32,000 nucleotides of DNA, taken from contig NZ_RXOZ01000037.1 in NCBI RefSeq assembly GCF_003991205.1, forward strand, positions 177,379 to 209,378. The letters run 5' to 3'. How positions within the stretch are numbered: position 1 is the stretch's first letter; every line of letters starts with the position of its first letter. The stretch comes from Georgenia sp. SYP-B2076 (GTDB lineage Bacteria > Actinomycetota > Actinomycetes > Actinomycetales > Actinomycetaceae). Of the stretch, positions 23,842 to 32,000 are shown piece by piece. A program made the position numbers and the translations under genes. The notes beneath the pieces were generated by a model that searched no databases, was not told where the DNA came from, and worked only from the letters and a program-made list of their open reading frames with translations.

Positions 23842-25191
23842 ATGGCACGGCTCTTCGGCACGGACGGCGTACGCGGCCTCGCCAACCGGCACGTCACCGC
23901 GGAGCTGGCCCTGGACCTCGGTGTCGCGGCCGCGCGGCAGCTGGCCGCCTCCGGGGACGTCGCCGGCCGGCGTCCCCGCGCCGTCATCGGCCGCGACACC
24001 CGCATCTCCGGGGAGTTCCTCTCCTCGGCCATCGCCGCCGGCCTGGCGAGCGCGGGCGTGGACGTGACCCAGGTGGGCGTCCTGCCGACCCCGGGCGTGG
24101 CCCACCTGACCGCGAGCACCGACGTCGACCTCGGCGTGGTCATCTCCGCGTCCCACAACCCGATGCCGGACAACGGCATCAAGTTCTTCGCGCGCGGCGG
24201 CTTCAAGCTCGAGGACGGCATCGAGGACGAGATCGAGGCGCGGCTCGGGACGGCGTGGGACCGCCCGGTGGGCGGCGACGTCGGCCGCATCACCGCGGAG
24301 ACCACGCTCGCGGACCGCAACTACATCGACCACCTGGTCGGCGCGGCGGGGGACCACCTGCGCGGCCTGCGCATCGCCGTGGACTGCGCCAACGGCGCCG
24401 CGAGCGACATCGCGCCCCTCGCCCTGCGGGAGGCCGGCGCCGACGTCGTCGTCATCAACGCCTCGCCCGACGGGCGCAACATCAACCAGGCCTGCGGCTC
24501 CACCCACCCCGAGCAGCTCCAGGCCGTCACGGTGGCGTCCGGGGCGGCCTTCGGCGTCGCCTACGACGGGGACGCCGACCGGTGCCTGGCCGTCGACCAC
24601 ACCGGCGGCATCGTGGACGGCGACCAGATCATGGGCCTGCTCGCGACGGCGATGAAGGAGGCCGGCACGCTCGCCGGGGACACCCTGGTCGTGACGGTGA
24701 TGAGCAACCTCGGGCTGCTGCTCGCGATGCGGCGGGCCGGGATCGCGACCGTCCAGACCGGCGTCGGTGACCGCTACGTGCTCGAGGCGATGCGCGCGGG
24801 CGGCTACACCCTCGGCGGCGAGCAGTCCGGCCACGTCATCAGCGCCCGCCACGCCACCACCGGCGACGGCGTGCTCACCTCCCTCATGCTCGCCGCGCGG
24901 GTCGTCGCCACGGGCCGCACCCTCGCCGACCTCGCGTCCGTCGTCACGCGCCTGCCCCAGGTGCTGGTCAACGTCCCCGGCGTGGACAAGACGCGCGCCA
25001 GCAGCGACGAGGGCATCAGCGACGCCGTCGCGGCCGTCGAGGCGGAGCTGGGGGAGACGGGCCGCGTGCTGCTGCGCCCCTCCGGGACCGAGTCCCTCGT
25101 GCGGGTCATGGTCGAGGCCGGCACCCAGGAGCAGGCCGACGCCGCCGCGAGCCGCCTCGCCGGGGTGGTGCACGAGCGCCTGGCCCTCTGA
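23842..25191 (+). CDS. glmM: Phosphoglucosamine mutase
   Basis: [15 protein letters not shown], the active-site [22 protein letters not shown] and GGEQSGH are present. GGAGG lies upstream of the ATG at 23842. Confidence 0.96.
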   Translation: MARLFGTDGVRGLANRHVTAELALDLGVAAARQLAASGDVAGRRPRAVIGRDTRISGEFLSSAIAAGLASAGVDVTQVGVLPTPGVAHLTASTDVDLGVVISASHNPMPDNGIKFFARGGFKLEDGIEDEIEARLGTAWDRPVGGDVGRITAETTLADRNYIDHLVGAAGDHLRGLRIAVDCANGAASDIAPLALREAGADVVVINASPDGRNINQACGSTHPEQLQAVTVASGAAFGVAYDGDADRCLAVDHTGGIVDGDQIMGLLATAMKEAGTLAGDTLVVTVMSNLGLLLAMRRAGIATVQTGVGDRYVLEAMRAGGYTLGGEQSGHVISARHATTGDGVLTSLMLAARVVATGRTLADLASVVTRLPQVLVNVPGVDKTRASSDEGISDAVAAVEAELGETGRVLLRPSGTESLVRVMVEAGTQEQADAAASRLAGVVHERLAL

Positions 25192-25358
25192 CGCCCGCGG
25201 CCGCGCGAGTCCGGGTCCCTGACGCCGCGCGGCCGGATGACCAGGGGCGTCGCCGGGGCGGGCACCGATGCCGCCGGCCGCGCGCGGTGACGTAACGTTG
25301 CCGGTGCGCCGACCCCGGCGCACGCGCCCGCTCGGCGTCCGGAACCTGGGAGTGATTC

Positions 25359-26057
25359 TTGCTAGATGCCTCGGCGGTGGAGGAGTTCGTCCTCGGGCTG
25401 ACGGGGTCGCCCTGGATCCTCGTCGCCGTCGCGGTGCTGGCCACCATCGACGGCTTCTTCCCGCCGGTGCCCAGCGAGTCGATCATCATCGCGGTGGCCG
25501 CGCTGACGATGCACGGCGACGGCCCGAACCTGTGGCTGCTCCTGGCCGCGGGGGCCGTGGGCGCGTTCTGCGGGGACGTGATTGCCTACACGATCGGCAC
25601 CAAGGTGCCCATCGACCGGCTGCGGATCTTCGCGTCCCCCCGCGGGCAGGCCACCCTGAACCGGACCAAGCACGCCCTGGCGCGCCGCGGCACCGTCTTC
25701 ATCCTCTCGGCCCGGTTCATCCCCATCGGCCGCGTGGCGGTGAACATGACCGCGGGGGCCGTCGGGTTCCCCCGGCGCCGTTTCGTCATCATCGTGGCGT
25801 TCGCCGCCGTCGTGTGGGGCGGCTACTCGACCCTCCTGGGCGTGGGCGCCGGCGTGTTCCTGCACGAGCATCCCATCGTCGCCGTGGCGGTCGGCGTGGC
25901 CGGCGGGGTGGTCATCGGCATCATCGTGGACAAGGTGCTCGGCATCGCCCAGCGACGCTGGTTCCCCCATATCCCCTCGCCCGAGGAGCGGATGAACCTC
26001 GCGGACGACGGCGACGAGGGGCGGGACGGGGCGCAGGCCTCGACGCCCGGGACCTGA
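25359..26057 (+). CDS. DedA/VTT-domain family membrane protein
   Basis: Several TM segments with FFPPVPSESIIIAVAAL and ...LSARFIPIGRVAVNMTAGAVGFPRRRF, typical of DedA. It has a TTG start, so the start is uncertain. Confidence 0.75.
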   Translation: MLDASAVEEFVLGLTGSPWILVAVAVLATIDGFFPPVPSESIIIAVAALTMHGDGPNLWLLLAAGAVGAFCGDVIAYTIGTKVPIDRLRIFASPRGQATLNRTKHALARRGTVFILSARFIPIGRVAVNMTAGAVGFPRRRFVIIVAFAAVVWGGYSTLLGVGAGVFLHEHPIVAVAVGVAGGVVIGIIVDKVLGIAQRRWFPHIPSPEERMNLADDGDEGRDGAQASTPGT

Positions 26058-26067
26058 GGTCCGCCGG

Positions 26068-27048
26068 CTACAGCTTTCGCAGCCGCATGCGGTGCATGCT
26101 GTGGTCCCCGGACTTCGTCAGCACGAGGGTGGCGCGCCCGCGCGTGGGCAGGATGTTCTGCGCGAGGTTCGGGGCGTTGATGGCGTCCCAGATCTCCCCG
26201 GCCTTGGCGACCGCCGCGACGTCGTCGAGGTCCGCGTACTTGCGGAAGTAGGAGTCCGGCGCGGAGAACGCGGTCCGGCGCAGCCCGAGGAACCGCTCGA
26301 CGTACCACCGCTTGACGTCCGCGCTGCGGGCGTCCACGTAGATCGAGAAGTCGAAGAAGTCGCTGACGGCGAGCGAGGACGTCCCGTTCGCGGTCGCCCG
26401 GGCCGGCTGGAGCACGTTGAGGCCCTCGACGATGAGCACGTCGGGGTGGTGCACGCTCTGCGAGCCGCCCGGCACGATGTCGTAGGTGACGTGGTCGTAG
26501 AGCGGGGCCGCGACCTCCGGCGCCCCGGCCTTGACCTCGGAGACGAAGCGCAGCAGGGCACGGCGGTCGTAGGACTCGGGAAAGCCCTTGCGCTCCAGCA
26601 GCCCGCGGCGCTCCAGCTCCGCGTTCGGGTAGAGGAAGCCGTCCGTGGTGATCAGCTCGACCCGCGGGGTCTGGGGCCAGCGGCGCAGCAGCTCGCGCAG
26701 CAGCCGCGCGGTGGAGGACTTGCCCACCGCCACCGAGCCCGCCACCCCGATGACGTAGGGGGTGCGGGTGGCGCGCTCGCCCAGGAACGTCGAGGTCGCC
26801 TGGTGCAGCGCGCGCGTGGCCGCCGCGTACAGCTGCAGCAGCCCGGAGAGGGGCCGGTAGACGACGTCGACCTCGGCCAGGTCCAGCGGGTCGCCCATCC
26901 CGCGCAGGTTCACGACGTCGGCGTCGGTGAGCGGCAGGGGGGTCGAGGCGGCCAGCCGGCTCCACGCGTCCCGGTCGAACTCGACGAACGGTGAGGCGGC
27001 GGTGGTCAGGGCGCGCGGGAAGGCTGGCACGCACCAAGTCTGGCGCAC
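26068..27048 (-). CDS. coaA: Type I pantothenate kinase
   Basis: [13 protein letters not shown], the P-loop [47 protein letters not shown] and the end RMRLRKL are present. The start is uncertain: GTG 27048 or GTG 27030. Confidence 0.92.
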   Translation of the reverse strand: MRQTWCVPAFPRALTTAASPFVEFDRDAWSRLAASTPLPLTDADVVNLRGMGDPLDLAEVDVVYRPLSGLLQLYAAATRALHQATSTFLGERATRTPYVIGVAGSVAVGKSSTARLLRELLRRWPQTPRVELITTDGFLYPNAELERRGLLERKGFPESYDRRALLRFVSEVKAGAPEVAAPLYDHVTYDIVPGGSQSVHHPDVLIVEGLNVLQPARATANGTSSLAVSDFFDFSIYVDARSADVKRWYVERFLGLRRTAFSAPDSYFRKYADLDDVAAVAKAGEIWDAINAPNLAQNILPTRGRATLVLTKSGDHSMHRMRLRKL

Positions 27049-27165
27049 GCCCGCCCGCCGCGCGGCAACCCCGCACCTCCGCGCCCCGGGGCCGGGGTGT
27101 GGGGCCCATCACGCAGTGACCGGTGTCATGCCCGGCGGGCGGCGCCGCCGGTTATCCTGACGCGC

Positions 27166-29022
27166 ATGTGTGGAATCGTCGGGTACGTAGGCCCCGCTAT
27201 GCCCAGCAACCGTCCGCTCGAGGTCGCCATGGAGGGCCTGGCCCGGATGGAGTACCGCGGGTACGACTCGGCCGGGGTCGCGCTGGTGGCCCCCATGGGC
27301 CTGGTCAGCGCGAAGAAGGCGGGCAAGCTCGCCAACCTGCGCGGCGTGCTCGAGGCCAGCCCGCTGCCGGAGGCGACCGTGGCCATCGGGCACACCCGGT
27401 GGGCCACCCACGGCGGCCCCACCGACGCCAACGCCCACCCGCACCTCAGCGAGGACGGCAAGCTCGCCGTCATCCACAACGGCATCATCGAGAACTTCGC
27501 GCCCCTGCGCGCCGAGCTCGCCGCCGCCGGGGTGACCTTCACCTCCGAGACGGACACCGAGGTGGTCGCGCACCTCCTGGCGCGCGAGTACAACGCCGCC
27601 CGGGACCTCACGCAGGCGATGCTGACGGTGACCCGGCGCCTGGAGGGCGCGTACACGCTCCTCGCGATCCACGCCGACGCCCCCGGGTCCGTGGTGGGCG
27701 CGCGGCGCAACTCCCCGCTGGTGATCGGCCTCGGCGACGGCGAGAACTTCCTCGGCTCCGACGTCGCCGCCTTCATCTCCCACACCAAGGACGCCCTCGA
27801 GATGGGGCAGGACCAGGTCGTGACCATCACTGCCGACGACGTGCGAGTCGTCGACGCCGACGGGAACCCCGCCGAGGGGCGTCGCTTCACCGTGGACTGG
27901 GACGCTGACGCGGCCGTCAAGGGCGGCTACGCCACCTTCATGGACAAGGAGATCCACGACCAGCCCAAGGCCGTGGCCGACACCCTCCTCGGGCGCACCG
28001 ACACCGCGGGCAACCTCGTCCTGGACGAGCTGCGCATCGACGAGACCATCCTGCGCAGCGTCGACAAGATCATCGTCGTCGCCTGCGGCACCGCCGCCTA
28101 CGCCGGCCACGTGGCCAAGTACGCCATCGAGCACTGGTGCCGGATCCCCGTGGAGGTCGAGCTCGCCCACGAGTTCCGCTACCGCGACCCGGTCGTGAGC
28201 GAGAAGACCCTCGTCGTGGCCATCTCCCAGTCCGGGGAGACCATGGACACGATCATGGCCGTGCGCCACGCCCGCGAGCAGGGCGCCAAGGTGCTCGCCA
28301 TCGTCAACACCCACGGCTCGACGATCCCGCGCGAGTCCGACGCCGTCCTGTACACCCACGCCGGCCCCGAGGTCGCCGTCGCCTCCACGAAGGCGTTCCT
28401 GGCGCAGATCACCGCCTGCTACCTCCTCGGGCTCTACCTCGCCCAGCTGCGGGGCAACAAGTACCCCGACGAGGTGGCCGGCTACCTCGAGGAGCTGGCC
28501 GCGCTCCCCGCGAAGATCCAGCACATCCTCGACAACGAGGAGGAGGTCCGCGCCGTGGCCCGCGCCATGAAGGACGCCACCTCGGTGCTCTTCCTCGGCC
28601 GCCACGTGGGCTACCCGGTGGCGCTGGAGGGTGCCCTGAAGCTCAAGGAGCTCGCCTACATCCACGCGGAGGGCTTCGCCGCCGGCGAGCTCAAGCACGG
28701 CCCCATCGCCCTGATCGAGGACGGCCAGCCCGTCTTCTTCATCGTCCCCACGCCCCGGCGCCCGCTGCTGCACTCCAAGGTCGTCTCCAACATCCAGGAG
28801 GTGCGGGCCCGCGGCGCCAAGACCCTGGTCATCGCCGAGGAGGGCGACGAGGCGGTCACGCCCTACGCCGACGTCATCTTCCGGGTGCCGAGGACCCCGA
28901 CGCTCATGATGCCGCTCGTCACCGTCGTGCCCCTGCAGATCTTCGCCGCCGAGCTCGCCGGCGCCAAGGGCTACGACGTCGACCAGCCGCGCAACCTCGC
29001 CAAGTCGGTGACGGTGGAGTGA
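27166..29022 (+). CDS. glmS: Glutamine--fructose-6-phosphate aminotransferase (isomerizing)
   Basis: The N-terminal MCGIVGYVG provides the Ntn-Cys. GHTRWATHG is present, followed by two SIS domains and the C-terminal [13 protein letters not shown]. Confidence 0.97.
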   Translation: MCGIVGYVGPAMPSNRPLEVAMEGLARMEYRGYDSAGVALVAPMGLVSAKKAGKLANLRGVLEASPLPEATVAIGHTRWATHGGPTDANAHPHLSEDGKLAVIHNGIIENFAPLRAELAAAGVTFTSETDTEVVAHLLAREYNAARDLTQAMLTVTRRLEGAYTLLAIHADAPGSVVGARRNSPLVIGLGDGENFLGSDVAAFISHTKDALEMGQDQVVTITADDVRVVDADGNPAEGRRFTVDWDADAAVKGGYATFMDKEIHDQPKAVADTLLGRTDTAGNLVLDELRIDETILRSVDKIIVVACGTAAYAGHVAKYAIEHWCRIPVEVELAHEFRYRDPVVSEKTLVVAISQSGETMDTIMAVRHAREQGAKVLAIVNTHGSTIPRESDAVLYTHAGPEVAVASTKAFLAQITACYLLGLYLAQLRGNKYPDEVAGYLEELAALPAKIQHILDNEEEVRAVARAMKDATSVLFLGRHVGYPVALEGALKLKELAYIHAEGFAAGELKHGPIALIEDGQPVFFIVPTPRRPLLHSKVVSNIQEVRARGAKTLVIAEEGDEAVTPYADVIFRVPRTPTLMMPLVTVVPLQIFAAELAGAKGYDVDQPRNLAKSVTVE

Positions 29023-29047
29023 CGCGGGCGCCGGCCGGGCCGGCCTC

Positions 29048-29398
29048 ATGATCGTCGCCGTGGGCGTCGACGTGTGCGACGTCGCCCGGTTCATCGCCGA
29101 GCTCGACCGGGTGCCGCGCCTGCGCGAGAAGATCTTCACCCCCGAGGAGCGGGACCTGCCCGACGCCTCCCTCGCGGCCCGGTTCGCCGCGAAGGAGGCG
29201 ATCGCCAAGGCCCTCGGCGCCCCGGCCGGCATGCGCTGGCACGACTGCACGGTCCACCGGGTCACCGGCTCCGCCCCGGTCGTGGAGATCCGCGGCACGG
29301 TGGCCGCGCGCGCCGCCGAGCTGGGCATCACCCGCTGGCACCTGTCCATCTCCCACGACGCCGGGATCGCCTCGGCCATGGTGGTCGCGGAGTCCTGA
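29048..29398 (+). CDS. acpS: Holo-[acyl-carrier-protein] synthase
   Basis: [15 protein letters not shown]..., [20 protein letters not shown] and the ending [15 protein letters not shown] match AcpS. The product is 116 aa. Confidence 0.93.
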   Translation: MIVAVGVDVCDVARFIAELDRVPRLREKIFTPEERDLPDASLAARFAAKEAIAKALGAPAGMRWHDCTVHRVTGSAPVVEIRGTVAARAAELGITRWHLSISHDAGIASAMVVAES

Positions 29399-29453
29399 GC
29401 CCGGCGCCGGCCGATGCCGGGTCAGGGCCCGCCCGGCGCGGCACCATGGGCAC

Positions 29454-31109
29454 ATGATCACCGCGCACACCGCCGCCGCCGTCCGCGAGGCCGAGGAGCC
29501 GCTGCTCGCCGCCGGCGTGCCCCTCATGGACCGGGCCGCGTTCGCCCTGGCCGCCCACGTCGCCGCGGAGCTGCGCGCGCGCGGTCACCGCGTGAGCGGA
29601 TCGGTGGTGCTCCTGCTCGTCGGCGGCGGCAACAACGGCGGCGACGCCCTCCACGCCGGCGCGCACCTGGCCCGGCGCGGTTGCGAGGTGCACGCCGCCC
29701 TGCTGGCGGACCGCGTCCACCCGGGCGGGCTCGCAGCCGCCCGCACGGCCGGTGTGCGCCTGCACGACGTGCTCGGCGCGCTCGCGGACGACGGCGCCCG
29801 GGACGACGGCGCCCGCGCGGACGACGGCGCCCGGGACGGCGTCGTCCGGCTCGCCCGCGGCGCCGGGGTCTGGGTGGACGCCCTCACGGGGATCGGCGCG
29901 CGCGGCGGGCTCCGCGAGCCCCTTGCAGGGGTGGTCGCGGCCCTGGCCGCCGAGAAGGCGTCGTCCCCGGACGAGCCGGTGGTCGTCGCCGTGGATGTGC
30001 CCAGCGGCATCGGCGTGGACGACGGCGCCGTGGACGGCCCCGTCCTGCCCGCCGACGTGACGGTGACCATGGGCACCGCCAAGCCCGGCCTACTCCTGCC
30101 GCCCGCCGCGGCGCTGGCCGGGCGCGTGGAGATCGTCGACCTCGGCCTGGACGCCGCGCTCGCGGCCGCCGCGCCGTCCGTGTGCCGGCTGCTGGGCGCG
30201 GACGTCGCCGACCTCTGGCCGGTCCCGGGCCCCGCCGACCACAAGTACACCCGAGGGGTCCTCGGACTCGTCGCCGGCTCCCAGGCGTACCCCGGCGCGG
30301 CGGTGCTCGCCGCGTCCGGCGCCCTGGGCGCCGGCCTGGGCATGATCCGCTACCTGGGGCCGGGCACCCCCACCGCCCTGGTGCACGCCCGCCACCCCGA
30401 GGTCGTCACCGCGCGGGGCCGCGTCCAGGCCTGGGCCATCGGCTCCGGCATCGACCCCGCCGACGTCGGCCGCGCGGAGGAGATGGAGGAGCACCTCGCG
30501 GCCGCGCTGGCCGACCTGCTGCCTGTAGTGCTCGACGCCGGGGCGCTGACCCTCCTGCACGACGACCGGTTCCCCGACCTGCCCGAGACCGCCGTGCTCA
30601 CGCCGCACGCCGGCGAGCTGGCGGCGCTGCTCACCGCGCGCGGCGAGGCGACCACCCGGGCGGCGGTCGACGCCGCACCCGCCCGGCACGCCCGCCTGGC
30701 CGCCGAGATCACGGGCGCGACGGTGCTGCTCAAGGGGGCGACCACCCTCGTCGTCGCCCCCGACGGGCCGGTCCACGCCCAGGCCGACGGGACGGCGTGG
30801 CTGGCCACGGCGGGCGCCGGCGACGTCCTGGCCGGCATCCTCGGCGCGCTCCTGGCCGGGTACGGCGACGTGCTCGCCGCCGCCGACGACGGCGCCCAGC
30901 GGGCGAGCCTGCCGGCCCGGCTGGCCGCCGCGGCCGCGCTCGTGCACGGCCGGGCCGCGCGCCTCGCCGCCGGGCTCGCGGTGCCCGGGCCGGGCGGCGG
31001 CGGGCCGGGACCCGGCGAGCCGATGGCGACCGGCGGCCCAGGGGCGCCGATCACCGCCCTCGACGTGGCCGGGGCCGTGCCCGCCGCGCTGCGCACCCTT
31101 CTGGGCTGA
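29454..31109 (+). CDS. nnr: Bifunctional NAD(P)H-hydrate repair enzyme (epimerase plus ADP-dependent dehydratase)
   Basis: The N-terminal YjeF_N part carries LLVGGGNNGGDALHAG. The C-terminal carbohydrate-kinase part carries HKYTRGVLGLVAGSQAYPGAAVLA, LTPHAGE, LKGATT and GAGDVLAG. Confidence 0.9.
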   Translation: MITAHTAAAVREAEEPLLAAGVPLMDRAAFALAAHVAAELRARGHRVSGSVVLLLVGGGNNGGDALHAGAHLARRGCEVHAALLADRVHPGGLAAARTAGVRLHDVLGALADDGARDDGARADDGARDGVVRLARGAGVWVDALTGIGARGGLREPLAGVVAALAAEKASSPDEPVVVAVDVPSGIGVDDGAVDGPVLPADVTVTMGTAKPGLLLPPAAALAGRVEIVDLGLDAALAAAAPSVCRLLGADVADLWPVPGPADHKYTRGVLGLVAGSQAYPGAAVLAASGALGAGLGMIRYLGPGTPTALVHARHPEVVTARGRVQAWAIGSGIDPADVGRAEEMEEHLAAALADLLPVVLDAGALTLLHDDRFPDLPETAVLTPHAGELAALLTARGEATTRAAVDAAPARHARLAAEITGATVLLKGATTLVVAPDGPVHAQADGTAWLATAGAGDVLAGILGALLAGYGDVLAAADDGAQRASLPARLAAAAALVHGRAARLAAGLAVPGPGGGGPGPGEPMATGGPGAPITALDVAGAVPAALRTLLG

Positions 31110-31166
31110 CCGGGCCGCCTCAGGGTGGTGGCCGGCGCCGCGCCGGCGGGTGGAACACTGGACCCC

Positions 31167-32000
31167 GTGAGCCTTCCCGTTCCCGCCCTCCTCGGCGGCA
31201 CCCCCGCGCCCGGCGGCGAACCGACGCACCCCGTCCACCCGGCGCGCGCCGTGGTCGACCTCGGCGCCATCGAGGACAACATCGCGGTGCTGCAGGCCGC
31301 CGCCCCCACCGCCCAGGTCATGGCGGTCGTCAAGGCGGACGCGTACGGGCACGGGCTGCTGCCGGTGGCCCGCGCGGCGCTGGACGGCGGCGCCACGTGG
31401 CTCGGCGTCGCCCAGCTCGGCGAGGCCCTCGAGCTGCGCGCCGGCCTCGCCGCGGCCACCGGGGCGCCCGCCGCCGTGCCCGCGGCCCCCGCGGGCGGGC
31501 CGTCGGCCACCCCGCCGCGGATCCTCACCTGGATCTTCGCGCCCGGCGCCCCGCTGGACCGCGCGCTGCGGGCGGACCTGGACCTGTCGGCCTCCGCCCC
31601 GTGGGCGGTGGCCGAGATCGCCGCGGCCGCCCGGTCCACCGGGCGCCGGGCACGCGTCCACCTCAAGGTCGACACCGGCATGGGCCGCGGCGGCGCGCGC
31701 CCCGAGGCCTTCGGCTCGCTGCTCGGCGCGGCCCTGGCCGCCCAGGCGGAGGGCACGCTCGACGTCGTCGGCATCTGGTCGCACCTCGCGTGCGCGGACG
31801 AGCCGGACAACCCCGCCACGGCGAGGCAGGTGGGGATCTTCACCACTGCCGTCGCCCAGGCCGAGGCGGCCGGTGCGCGCCCCGAGGTGCGCCACCTCGC
31901 CGCCTCCTCCGGGACACTGTTCCACCCGGCCACGCACTTCGACCTCGTGCGGCCAGGGATCGCGGTCTACGGGCTCAGCCCCGCCCCGGCCGTGGCGACC
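31167..32000 (+). CDS. alr: Alanine racemase, 3' end cut by the window edge
   Basis: I translated this manually from the GTG at 31167; it is absent from the ORF track because no stop lies within the window. It reads ...VMAVVKADAYGHG (PLP lysine), HLKVDTGMGRGG, IWSHLACADEP and RPGIAVYGLSP. Confidence 0.9.
   Translation, partial: MSLPVPALLGGTPAPGGEPTHPVHPARAVVDLGAIEDNIAVLQAAAPTAQVMAVVKADAYGHGLLPVARAALDGGATWLGVAQLGEALELRAGLAAATGAPAAVPAAPAGGPSATPPRILTWIFAPGAPLDRALRADLDLSASAPWAVAEIAAAARSTGRRARVHLKVDTGMGRGGARPEAFGSLLGAALAAQAEGTLDVVGIWSHLACADEPDNPATARQVGIFTTAVAQAEAAGARPEVRHLAASSGTLFHPATHFDLVRPGIAVYGLSPAPAVAT

Noticed and set aside
27049-27165. A possible glmS ribozyme upstream of glmS.
   Set aside because: The interval is only 117 nt and is shared with the divergent coaA promoter region. 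I see no recognisable ribozyme core. The glmS ribozyme is essentially a Firmicutes/Deinococcus feature and is not expected in Actinomycetota.

Overview
High-GC (roughly 70%+ by eye) Actinomycetota chromosomal window. The backbone is the conserved core array infA-rpmJ-rpsM-rpsK-rpoA-rplQ ... truA ... rplM-rpsI-glmM ... coaA / glmS-acpS-nnr-alr, and these genes are recognisable from their translated sequences. The normally adjacent rplQ and truA are separated by about 13.6 kb of accessory DNA at about 5.6-19.2 kb. Most of this is one minus-strand gene train, very tightly packed from hypA down to the ABC ATPase (ATGA/GTGA overlaps); a ROK kinase gene sits 117 nt upstream on the same strand. The train encodes a complete group 1h (formerly group 5, 'Hhy', high-affinity/atmospheric H2) [NiFe]-hydrogenase with partial maturation machinery. 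Gene order is hypA, hypB, a 486-aa unknown, an endopeptidase, hhyS, hhyL, a NifU-like protein, a 4-Cys unknown, two tiny ORFs, hypC and an HHGYCGP-motif unknown. A FecBCD-type ABC importer is translationally coupled to the 3' end of this train. I consider this hydrogenase-plus-unknown-accessory-plus-importer module the most interesting system here. Its under-described parts are the importer coupling, the 486-aa protein and the small ORFs. Other items are a tandem pair of extremely acidic paralogues with a shared leader motif, stop-codon-bearing micro-duplications at two gene ends, several perfect 13-14 bp GC hairpins after ribosomal-protein genes, and a long candidate leader upstream of rplM. 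I saw no tRNA/rRNA, CRISPR array, transposase or integrase. All family assignments come from reading motifs by eye. No searches were run, and the DUF numbers are quoted from memory.
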